DNA of 64,000 bases from Azolla caroliniana (lineage: Eukaryota; Plantae; Polypodiophyta), in NCBI GenBank assembly GCA_043228905.1, contig JBHGNT010000009.1:2232001-2296000 (forward strand), read 5' to 3'. Positions 25,371 through 37,600 of this stretch are shown here, one piece after another. The notes under the pieces were generated by a model. It worked only from the letters and a program-made list of their open reading frames with translations, had not been told where the DNA came from and did no database searches. The position numbers were made by a program, and so were the translations under genes. Positions within the stretch are counted from its first letter, which is position 1, and every line of letters starts with the position of its first letter.

Positions 25371-27129
25371 TTTATAACCTACATTTTGAGATAGGTGCAG
25401 GAGGGAAATTGTAAGGAGGAAGGTTCCACTGATCTTTGCGTTATAACTAATTGCCTAGTAATTTAAATAGAATAAACTTAAAAGAAATAAATAAAAAAAT
25501 ATATATAAATTGAAAACAATATAGATATATAAAAATAAATAGCAGTACTTTTATTTTTAACTAAGTAAATAAAGAAATTATTTTAAGCAATGAAATAGTG
25601 GAAGAAAATTTAGAAAATGTGAGAACCCCTCCATTAATAGTTTCCAGGCCATGTAGTTATCATTCTTAATGTAGTTATCGATTAATGGAGAGAGGGGTGC
25701 TAACCCCTCCATTAATGTATTTATCACTCTTAATTGAGTCTTCTTGGCCTCTTCTCTGTGTTGTTGATTCTACTTTATCTCGTAAATTAACATTTGATTG
25801 CTGACACGCACATGCTCACTGTAAGACCACTAAATGCTTCATTTGCGGAACAATTCATCTAATCTGCCCCAGCAAGACGCCATCAAGTACTCAAATTAAA
25901 TCATTCGGATCGGTGATCATCAATTTCTTTCGCTCCTTTCATCATTTGTAATCACTCATAGTAATTTATGGCCTTCCTAAATCAATCCATTCGATTACTC
26001 TGGGAAAATTTATTCTCAGAATTGAATATATGATTCAATTCAACAAGCCATGTTTTATCTCAATGCTTTTCAATTGTATGTCCTTCTTTCATCAGTGTTA
26101 TGTCCTTACTGGAAATGATTTTTTTGATGTTCATCAACTAATCTGCAGATGGGGAGTAGAGAATGCTCAACGCAAAATCAAATTAATGGGAATCCACTTC
26201 AGTCGTATCCTTCCCAAGCAGCTACTCCACTCCTATGAGATGGACTAATGCTTGCTGTTTACCTTGTCATTAGATCTGTTTCTAAAGATGGACCTTTTGT
26301 TCTACTTAATACAATGTAGATCCGAATTAAAAACAGTAGCAACGACTATGATTCCTCCAAAATCTGGCAGCTCAGATCATTCCATTCATCGCACTTCCAA
26401 TACAGCTAATGAGATGACAAAGGATTCTAAGCAACGAGCTATGACAGCAAATGTTAACAACAGATAATCTAACTCAGCAGGAGCTCTTGATCAGACTTAA
26501 TCTTCGATGTCTAGGCAGAAAGATTTTATACTCCGAGAACCATCATTTATTTTCACAGAAGATATTTTATTCTGCCCAATTTATTTTTGTATCAAGTTAT
26601 GACTTCCATTTTGTTATATAAACATGTGCATATTGCATATGCTTTCATAAATAATAAAGATGGATACAGGGTTTAGCTTACGTTGTTCACGAAATATTGT
26701 GTGGGACAAGAAATATTGATTGCATATGCCACGTCTGATCATGTACTTAAGGAAATTTTTCTTTACGTTTGCCTTTTAAAAAGATGAAAATATATAATTT
26801 AGTGTTTGGTTCTACATAGAAATGTGGCCATGGATCAAGCTATCCTGAAGGTTTTCCAGAAGATTGGCTACTGAATTGGATGACATATATCGACAGAGTT
26901 CTTCTGTATCGCAGTTGGGTGTGGAATCTTCATGTGATGTTTTTTTTAAGTAGGAAAAGAACAGAGGAGAAAGAATTATTAATGCAGAAGAGGCTGGGAT
27001 TAATAGTGAGTGGGTATTCTAATACCAGTAGTAATAATATAGGTTTCAATCATGTAATATAATATAGTAATAATATACCAGTCGTATGTTGTCTAGATGT
27101 AAGGTTTTTCTTTCTTTGTTTTGTGTTAC

Positions 27130-27958
27130 TGTTAATGTATCCGATCACTATTTTGTCTTTTCTTTTTTTAATAATGTTTATTATTATTATTATTAGATAG
27201 TAATATAAAACAAAACGAAAGTTTTGTTTCTTTAGAAATTATTACCCTTACTTTATTTCTTTAAAAGGGTAAATGTAAGTTACGTTTTTTAGTGAGTAAA
27301 GAAAGAAAATAATAATAATAATAATAATAAAGAGGAAAACAAAACAAAACGACCGTTTTTGTTTTTGAGAGAGACAAAGAGAAGAGAGGGTGGAAAGGAG
27401 ATATATATATATATATATATATATGTGGGAAGAGGTGAAAAAAAAAGAGAGGGAGAGGTATGAGGAGTGTGAAGCATACTGAAGCATAGAGAAGCTTGGT
27501 GAAGCTTGGAGAAGCTTGGTGAAGCTTGGTGCTCAACTCATCTACTCTCAATCTCCTTTCCATCTCCACTACTCAACGTGAGATCTACACGGCTACTACT
27601 TCGACTTGTGGACATTCTTATCCGGGTTTTCTTCTCTCTTCTTTTCTCTTATATGCTTGAGAGATAATCTTATCCCTTTGGATTATTGTACCATCTTTGT
27701 CGGTAGTACTATGCTACATATCTCTACTTATTTCTAGTATATCTAGAAGTAGAATTTGTACTTGTTGTATCTCTTTGGCGATAGTGGATTGGTTTTGGAC
27801 TTTTGTCCCATGGTTGTTTCCCTCATTGAGGGTTTTTCCACGTTAAATCTTGTGTAATCTTTGTTGTGTCATTGTGTGTGTTTCTTGTGTTTCTTTTTCA
27901 TTATAATCGAGCATAAAACGTGACGCGTGTTACACTCTTATGTGTCTATACCTCATCA
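27130..27958 (+). mobile_element. Solo LTR (Copia-like)
   Basis: TG...CA ends and flanks GTTAC/TTTAC (5-bp TSD, 1 mismatch). It carries the U5-type motif gggtttttccacgttaaatcttgtg and is homologous to 32610-33305. Confidence 0.75.
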
Positions 27959-28339
27959 TTTACGAAACGCACCAAATCTAGATTAGGTTTTTCCTTTCTT
28001 TGTTTTTCTTCTGTGTACTTTTTATGGATCCACCGGTTGGCTATGCTGCAAGAGAAATCTGTTTGAAAAAGTTCCTTTTGGTGATTTGGTGCTGCCTGAA
28101 GACCAATTGCACAGGTTATACTTCTTGTGTATATGGACATTCTTTTCTAATTTACTCCTTGTAATCGCTTGTCTTGGATCTTCTTTAGTTCTTTTTTTTA
28201 TGTGATCGGGTGGAGATTTATGCTATTCTTCAACTGTTGCTGCTGCTGAGACCATGTAAGCTGCCAATCTCTGAGAGAAGAACGGCTTGCTCATCACTAC
28301 CATATCTTGTCCCCGTTATTGTTCTGTTCATCTCCATCT

Positions 28340-28500
28340 CATGCTGCTGAAACATACACAGTCTTCCTCCAAAACCTTCTCATCAAAATGTATGGAAGCC
28401 ATGGATCCGCAGATGATGCTTTCTCTGTCTTCTCTTCCATGCCCTCTCGCAACTCTTTCTCATGGACCTTCACGACGAGGGCTTCTTTTTTGCAAGGTCT
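28340..28500 (+). pseudogene. Isolated pentatricopeptide-repeat (PLS-type PPR) gene fragment
   Basis: VFLQNLLIKMYGSHGSADDAFSVFSSMPSRNSFSWT matches the PLS PPR consensus NxLIxMYxKCGxxxDAxxVFxxMPxRxxxSWT. Only about one repeat is present. Confidence 0.7.
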
Positions 28501-28647
28501 CCATGGAAGCTCGGAACCCATAATAAATGACAGAAGAAACATCCTGAGCTCGACTTATCAGAATCTGGATGAAGAAGCAGAAGAAAAAAGAGCAGAAAAA
28601 CAAGAGAGAGAGAGAGAGAGAGAAAGAAAGAAAGAAAGAAAGAAAGA

Positions 28648-31625
28648 TATATTAACGTCTTCTAAGGCCAAATTTGGCCCATGAGACAATTGGTTTACAA
28701 CAAAAGAGTATTTATCCAGTCATCATAACTAAAATAAAATTAAGTAAAAAATAGAACTTAAACTAAAAGAGTTTTAGTAGTGTACAATATGTAGTATACT
28801 CGAAAGTGACTATACACTAAGCCTAATTTTATTTCCACCCAAGCCTCTCGAAAAGAAGTGGGGGGTCAAAGGGTCTTGATGTGGGTTCCAATGTAGAGAG
28901 TGCCCTAGCCATGGCTTCTAGGCTGTGTAGCTCACGTTCCCTTATTTTCAATATTGTTTCCACATCACGTCGAGTTGCTTTGAAACCCGGCACCCGAGCA
29001 CGTCTGGTTCTTCTCTGGTTTTTTGCCTCATCAATGGAAAGGCCGAGTGGTGCAAGTGTGTCGGCATTCGTTGTCTCCTCAGGTTCCTGAAAAACTTCAT
29101 TTGTTACATGTTCGTGATCATTAGCAACATTATTGTCAACATTTTGTAACTTATTCTCTCTGTGTTGTTTTAGCTCTAGAATGTATTTGCCTAATTTCTT
29201 TATATCTAGAGTATCTAATAGTTTGGGGAGGGTGGGAGACGGACCAAGTATGTCTTGGTATTTTGCCCTTATCTCGGCATAGGTTGGACACTTGCATGTA
29301 AAGTGGTACTCATCCTCTATCTCTATGTGACATAACCTACATATCCTTTCCTCCCTAGGGACTCCACTAGTACGGCCATTCTCAATCTCAAGTTGGTGAG
29401 ATGATATTTGAAGTTGTCCAATGGCAACTCAGAGAAGTGCATGAAGTGTTTCTTATAGTACAACATTTTAGATGGGAGTGGCTCTAGTGGGGTGATCCAT
29501 TTACACCAAGTGTAAATTTGCCATATTTCTTGGCGTATTACTTTATTGCGGTCCTCATGAGAGATTAAGGTGTTATCACTCGTGTGGTTGTACCTAAGGG
29601 GAGGTAGGTTATTAATGTCTAGACCATTTGCAAGAAGCCAACTCACCATCATGTCATACCATGAGCTAGTATAGCCGGACTCATACAATGATCGAGAGGC
29701 CTTAAAGGCTTGATGAGATATTCTATCATGTGGTTGGTTATGTATCCTATCAATGAAGACTACAAGTTGAAAAAGTGCATCTACTAACATTGGGGGTAAC
29801 GTGAACTCGGCCCTAATAATGTCATGTGGTACAATTGATTTACTTCAGAGTTGGCGTGATAGCATCATCACCAATGGTCTCTCTAATTGCGTCCACATGA
29901 AAGATGGTAATCCTGGAGCCCAAACCGTTGATGCATACATGAGGGAGGGGGTCACTAATGAGTCAAAGAGCCACCCTTTAGTCCGTGGCTCTTGAAAGTG
30001 TGCTTGGTGGCATTGTCTCTCTAGGAGTGAGAGGGATGCATGTCCTCTCGTGAGTCTATCCTTCACTACCTGTGTCATCGAAAATTTACCTGAGCGGGCA
30101 CTAAAAGTGACTCCGAGATAGACGTATGATCCAACCACCTCGACTGGGCTATGGGAGATAGTTAGGTGACACTTAGCTCTAACTTGGGCCGATGTGTGGA
30201 AGATAAGGACTTTCGTTTTCCCTAGATTCACTACCAATCCTCATTGTACACAAAAGTCATCTAAGGCATTAAGGTGCCTCTGTAGGTCGTGTTCTGATTC
30301 AGAGAGCAAAATTATGTCATCCGCATAGAGCAAGATACGAACCTGCGTATCCCCAAGGACCACTCCGGTGCCTCCCTCACGAGCAATAAAATCTGTGATC
30401 TCATCAATGTAGATCCCAAAAAGCGTCGGTGATAGGGGGCAACCTTGTTTTACACCAATAGTGCTAGTGAAACGATTAGATAGGCCACCTGGGCATCGGA
30501 CACACCCGGACACTTGTTCATATAGTGCGTAGATGGCCCATACCATATCATCTAGTATCCTCAAGCTTTTAAGTCTATCAAACAACCGCTCTCTAGGGAC
30601 TGTGTCAAAGGCTTTGCGGAAGTCCACAAAACAACAATATAATTTCTTCTTGCGAGCCTTAGTTTGGTCAATTAGGCATCTAAGTGTGAAGATATGATCA
30701 ATAGTGGAGAAGGCTCGTCTAAAGCCAGCTTGTTCAGGTGCACGAAGGTTTAGGGTCTCCATATAGTCGCTAAGCTCTGCTTCCATTACTGCACCATATA
30801 ACTTAGCAAGGGTATGGCCTATCATAATGGTCCTATATGTATTTGGGTCCATGGGGTCCCCTCCTTTATGTATGGGGGCCACTGTATTCATAGTCCACTG
30901 TGGTGGAAAACCCTCCGCAAGGGCACGATTGAAGATTAGAGTTAACAAGGGAGCTAGGCACTCTCTCGCATATATAATGTGTTTTGCTCGCAATCCTGTG
31001 TGGTCCATGGACTTCCTATGTTGTAATTTCTTTATGACCTTCATGACCCTAGAGGTCGTGAAAAGTGTCCCCGTGGTAGGTCGGGGTGTGGAAGGCATTG
31101 GAATGGGTGGTTGGTTTGGGATTTGGTAAAGTCTCTCTGTATATGTGTGCCAAGTTTCAGGATCTTCGATGGGTGTTTGTGGTCTTGGCTCCTGTAGTCT
31201 CTTCCATGCCGTGGCGCAATCGCTACTCATGAGCATATGGTAGAGTTCCCAGTATTGGGATGCCTCCCACGCTCGTCTCTTACGACGTGTCATCTTACGC
31301 ATTTCTTTGCGAGCTTGTATGGAGGTAATACTACCATTGAGTTGCGATACTCTAAGTTGTCTATGTAAGTCCCTACAATCCTCGTCATACCATTTATTTT
31401 GTGGCATTGATCCTGATCTACCTTGATTTGAGTGTTTTGTATATGGGAAACTGCTAGCTGCTGCGGAGTGAAGGATGTGTGTGAGTTTTGTACTAAGGCT
31501 TTCTAACGGTAGGGAGGGATCAAGGGAGGGGAGATGGGCCTGAACATGTTGAGAGTATATGTCAGAGAGCTCATGTGTGAAATGTATTGTGGTGTAATGG
31601 CATGGTTGACTAGACTTGGTGACCT
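28648..31625 (-). mobile_element. 5'-truncated non-LTR retrotransposon (RTE-like LINE): RT plus C-terminal CCHC, decayed
   Basis: QAGFR, FVDFRKAFDTV, GVKQGCPLSPTLF, LLYADD, CRLCH...EYHF..KC, with in-frame stops. A (TTTC)n/(TC)n tail lies at 28603-28647. Confidence 0.92.
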
Positions 31626-31626
31626 T

Positions 31627-31665
<39 letters not shown>

Positions 31666-31730
31666 AAAATTCAAAAATTCAAAAATTCAAAAAAGCAACG
31701 TTTTCTTTTTCGTTTTTTTCTCTCTCGAGT

Positions 31731-31800
<70 letters not shown>
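31626..31800. repeat. (GA)n and (TC)n microsatellites in inverted orientation
   Basis: (GA)n at 31626-31659 and (TC)n at ~31735-31798. Confidence 0.9.
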
Positions 31801-31803
<3 letters not shown>

Positions 31804-32609
31804 ATTTTCTCTACTTTTCGTTTTACTTTTTACTTTTTCTTTACATATAAAATATTGGATGGCTCTGATCGTCTACGATTCCCGAGACGAGATCAGGGCC
31901 CTCCAAGCCCTAGATTCAGGGGGGGCTTTCTGTATTTAATGTTTTTTGTACGAAATAGTGACGAGGTAAGATTTCCTACGCATTGTTTCATGCATATATA
32001 TATTCTCATCGCATTTTATCCTTTGTGATTCGACCCAAATGTACGTACGTAACACTTTATTGTATGTTATCGGTTTGAATATCAAAAGTCATGACTCATG
32101 AATGATACATCTAATATAGAAAGTTTCAATGCAAAATACAGTTCAATTTATATCATGATATATATATATATATACATTGCTTTCTTTCTTTCTTCTTCTT
32201 TTCCCAAAAAACATGATATTGCTTTCAATATTCTCATTATTATCTCATGAACAATTTAGTTTCAATGATTGAATTTAAATTGTCTCGACTCTCGAATGCT
32301 AATAAATAACGTCACTATTAGAATTTATATTAACAAATCAACGTCACTCTAGATTAAATATTTTAAATAAAATGATGGTTATGTACTATGTATGCCCTCT
32401 ATATTTTGTATTGATTGAAAATAAGCATGTCACTCTAGAGTCTAGATTACAAATTTTAAATATAAATTTATTTAGGTACACACGTAGGATTGAGGACCAT
32501 TAAGTTATAAAATGATGGGTATGTATGCCATCTAAATAGCAAGGTAACGGTTAACCTTACTAACAGGGAACATCAATCATATCATTGTGTAAAGTTCATT
32601 GTCGATGGA

Positions 32610-32735
32610 TACTATTTTGTCCGGTCACTATTTTGTTTTTCCTTCTTTAATAATATTTATTAGTAGTAGTAGTAGTAAGAAACAAAACGAACATTACCCT
32701 TTCATTATTTCTTGAAAAGGTAAATGTAAGTTATG

Positions 32736-32774
<39 letters not shown>

Positions 32775-33305
32775 GAAAATAAACAAAACATCCATTTTGT
32801 TATGATAAAATAAGAAGAAGAAAAGGAGATAGAAATGAGAGGTGAGAGAGTGAAAAGAAAGAGAGATAGTGACAAAGAGAGAATGAAAAACAACAAGTGT
32901 TGGTGCTCAACTCTTCTACCTTCCAACTCCACTATTCAACATCAAATCAACACTCTTACTACTTCAACTTGTGGGCTTTCTTATCCGGGTTTTATTCTCT
33001 CATCTCTTTCACTCATATGTTTGTGAGTTAGCTATCATTTCTTTGGATTATTGTACTCATCTTTGTCGGTAGTATTTTGCTACATATCTCTACTTTTCTC
33101 TAGTGTATCTAAAGGTAGTGCTTGTATTTGTGTTGTATCCTCTTTCATGATAGTGAATCGTTTTTTACTTTGTCTCGTGGTTGTTTCCCTCATTGAGGGT
33201 TTTTCCACGTTAAATCTTGTGCCATCTTTTTATTCGATAGTTACCTCATAATAATCGAACATAAACGTGACACATGTTACACTCTTAAGTGTCTATACCT
33301 CAATA
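32610..33305 (+). mobile_element. Second, diverged solo-LTR-like copy of the 27130-27958 family
   Basis: Co-linear similarity from tccg.tcactattttgt to gttacactctta.gtgtctatacctca. No TSD seen. Confidence 0.7.
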
Positions 33306-34625
33306 CAACAATCCTCTCATTATTGGAGTCTATATACATATATTCTCACACTTAATGCAACCCAAATCACCTCTTTCTCATATCTAATGATAAGACTTTC
33401 TAAACTTGTCCTTATTAGAATCATCTAATCACTATCATCATGCTCCTCGATAGCAAGGAACTTGCAATGTCACTCATCATTGATGAAATCAATATGGATG
33501 TGCATTACATCAGCAAAGAATGCCATCCGGGCCAAAAGCAATATGCATCAAATGCAAGGAAATCAAACGACATGATTATTTAATACAGCAATATGAACAC
33601 AATACAAAGGCAAACCCGTGAAAACCAATTTCTTGGACAAAGTCATTATAGAAGAATATGTAAACAATGATTTTGTAGCAGTGACATAAGCTTACACTAC
33701 GAAGAAGAAAGAAATTAACTCCCTCAGCTAACAGTCTTGCGACAATATTTTCGAACAAACCCATACATTGATTTTAGGGAATGGAGGAAATGTGATCAAT
33801 AACACATGAAGTTGGGTCTGCGGGCCAGCAAACATTCCTCCACACAAGTACATTGAATAGAAGTTAATATTGACCAATTCCAAAATAGTTCATGCACCTT
33901 TAACATATTGTTCCTCGACAGATTTCTTCGGCAATTTAAAGCCAATTGATGTGTACTGTCGTATATTTCTCTAAAAAAGGAATATTGATGGATCTCTTGG
34001 GCAATTTATATGTAATTATTGCGTAGTATCAGATGGAATGAGCTCCAAAGAGAGGAAAAGGAGAAAACGTCAAAGGATTTGAAGCAAAGACAATGTCTTG
34101 AACTGTGAAGAAATCAGATTAATGATGAATGAGAAATCCTCTAAGACACTAAATTAACACACATCTAGAAACCTAATCAATGCATTTTGAATATACGATT
34201 GAATACAGCCATTAATCATTTTAATTAGCAGTTTACCATTGAAGTTTTAGTAATAATTTATAAATGACTGTTAGCATTACAACATTTCAAACACAACTCT
34301 CGTATGTATGCACAATACATGGATTGAAAACACACTCAGTTTATAATCAAAAAACATGCCGTAGGATTTGCAAACTTTCATTGTTAAATATGATCTTTAG
34401 AAATTACAGGACTTAAACCTGTGTAATATTTCCCACCAAAAGCTTGCTCCAAAAATGGCAGTATGTTGTCTTGTGTCACAGTATATTAGCGAAATTTCTG
34501 ATATGATCCAGAAGGAAAATATGAAGAATCCAGCGCCAAAACTGTGCAATATTCCCCAACAAAAGCTTGGTCTAAAAATGGGAATATGATCTCATGTCAC
34601 AGTAAGAAGAAATGCGCTTTCATAT

Positions 34626-37600
34626 TTAGTCTTCAACCAATTTATTTTTCATGTGGCAAGATAAGATACTCGCAAACTCTGTGTGAAGTGAATGACTTCC
34701 CTACAGCAAGGACAAACTTATAAGACAACTATTTTCCTCCCATCTTGCAGGTTATGATTTCTAGAGAAACAAAACATCCACAGATGTTGCAACAAGCTCA
34801 AACACCACCAGATAAAAGACTGGTACCTTGAATGTCACAATATGTGCAATGGGAAGTCCAGGGTTACCGCCTTTGGCACACAACCCGATATCTCCAATAA
34901 GATCTAGTAGTTTGTGCCTACAAGGTTCATCGGAGAACCTAAGGGGTAAATTCAACCAACCATCCTTGTCACTGCAAAGACAGTCGATCAGTCGATCAAT
35001 TTCTCATTCTCACCATCACAACACTGAAAGAATCCAAACACAAAGCACTGGACCTGCCATTTTGAAACATGCATTTTAGGGCTTCAGGATTAATCATGTT
35101 TGCGTTTTAAGCTTTTTGAAAGTTAGTGTTTTTTGAAACCCAGGTTCTGTATCAGCAATGATATTCATCCATTGGTAGCTTTTCTGTAAGTTTCATGTGT
35201 ATGGCATACCAAATCTAGTTACAACGCACTGTTGACATGTTAATCAATTATCTTAGGTCAAATGCCTCTCTCCAAACCTCTCAACTAATTCCCCAAGCAG
35301 AAGCATCTTTTGGACTTTTTTTGCATTGATATATAGGCTATTGTAATTCGTTTTAGGTAGGATAAGGAGATTAAGTGTCAGTGACAGATATCTAAGCCAT
35401 TTTCTTCTTGTTATTGTTGGGAATGATAAAGAACATTGTTGCAAGAGGATTTGTGGCTTCTCAAACTACATGATAATGTTAAGGATAGTCATGCCAACTA
35501 TGTAGACCAGCACCATGTATGCCTGATCAAATAACAAAGTGTAACAAAATTTCAAAAGGCAAACCGCAGAAAATAACTCACAAAAGTTAGACATGTAAAC
35601 AACCTGCAAACTATTGCATTATCCATGGAACCACCTTTAATGAGACCAGCAGATAGCAACTTTCCAATCTGCAAGAATATTGTGTGGATATGTTCAAATA
35701 ATTAAATATATACAAATAGCCATTCATGTACATATATGACAATCTGGTTACTACCATTCTTTTGCATGAGAAAAATGTTATGAACAGTTGTAAGATCCCC
35801 AAGAGGCAAGCAGCAGCTTAACAATAAGCTGAAACAAGAACTCTATTTCTTCGTGAGGCTCAAAGCAGAGCAGGTTTTGTAACACGTGCATTTATGAAAG
35901 GATATACAATATTCCTAGGCATATAATGAGTGAATGCAGGGATGGAGAGAAAAGAACAATGCATTGAATGTTGTAATGAAGTAGTGGTAGGTTATAAAAG
36001 TTAACTGTAATAAATGCTGGAGTAAAGTAAATCTAGAGAGAGAAAACACGAACACACACAGATTGCAGAAGGTAAAGATCAGTTTTGGGGCAGTCACCAT
36101 CTAACATTTTGTTGGACGAGTTTATATAAGCGTTCACCCATTTACAAAAAACAACAATAACAGAATAGTAAATTCTTACTTCGAAAAACAGCTCATTAGG
36201 ATGATGAAAGTTCTATGTTAATGACCGAGAATTTGAGTATCATTTTAAGATCGCGTAATCAATAATGACACACAAAAGCTCATAGTGCCAGGAGCCACAG
36301 TCCAAAACACTTTGTATTTCAGTGTTACAAATCATCATTTAAACACCCTACCTCTCCATTCTGAAGTCGTCACATATCTTGTCTCTTATGGAAGAATTCA
36401 ATTACTCCTCCCATCTACTGTGATCATTTACTGATTATCCTGAGTTTTTCCAATCCGAGACCCATGTTGGAATTGAAGAAATGTTGGAACCATCAAAATG
36501 GAGGGTGGATAAACGAGAAACTTTTGACTCCTTATATTTTAATTCTTATGAATGCATGCCATCAGCTAGATTGATTTGTATACCTATCCAAATATCTTCC
36601 ACCTTGACATAAACTGGTACTAGCTGAGTAACTTAGACATCAATTTCAGAGGAACAGGATAATAAATTCAGGCATTGTGCACATACATCAGAATTATCTA
36701 CCTATGCTCATCTCAAAGACCTACACGAGATTTTGTAGATCTGCACGAGATTCAAAGACCATGATTATGTCATCACTGTAAAGAAGAATGTGGACAGATA
36801 AACCTACTACAGCAACTCCGTCATTGATGTAGAGTCTCAAGAGTGTAGGGCAGAGGAAGAGCGAGCATCCTTGCTTCATACTAAAGGTGCTTGTTATGAT
36901 CAAGATCGAAATGTCATTCAGAGACCACGAATATGTCATCAGCGTAAAGAAGAATGTGGTAGGTATATCTAATATGTTTCCCTGCACTTCCACATGTGAT
37001 GTATTCCACTACCTCAGATGTACGGTCCAAAGAGGGCTAATTCGTGAGGAAAGCTGTTAATAAAAACAGCAGAACAATTGGAAGAAAAAATAGACACACC
37101 AAAGTTGTGAGTAGCAAAATAGTTGCAAAAATTAGAGACACAGTCAAAGAGCAGAGTCTCTTTGCAACTAGCAGCAAAAATAAAGATCTTACGAAAGATG
37201 CTGGTATAGTCTATTTATACAAAATTGGGGAATGTGGGTGAAATGGTTGTTTGGTAGTTAAGTGACTCTTGTACTACCAAACAGGTACAACAAAGGAGGA
37301 ATAAGAGGGAATATCTTGGAAAAGTGAAAGAGAGAACGCATTTAAAGAGTTATAGATTCTAGAGAGAGAAGAATCTAGGAAGCAAGAGAACGTAGAGGAG
37401 AGATGATAAAAATGAAAGAGACCTCTAGCACCTCCTCTCAACTCCAGAACAACGGTCCAACATTGAGTCGACTGAGGAGCTGATCAATGGCTTCCATTGG
37501 AAGTGGATTAGTAAACAAATCAGTCACGTTTTCTTGAGTAGGAAAATAAGCCAAGTTGATGGCTTGTGATTTCAATACTTCACAAAAAAATGTTAGTGCA

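Noticed and set aside
27130-33305. The two similar LTRs as ends of one element
   Set aside because: The first copy has its own TSD, there is no PBS or PPT, and the interior is a LINE plus a PPR fragment.
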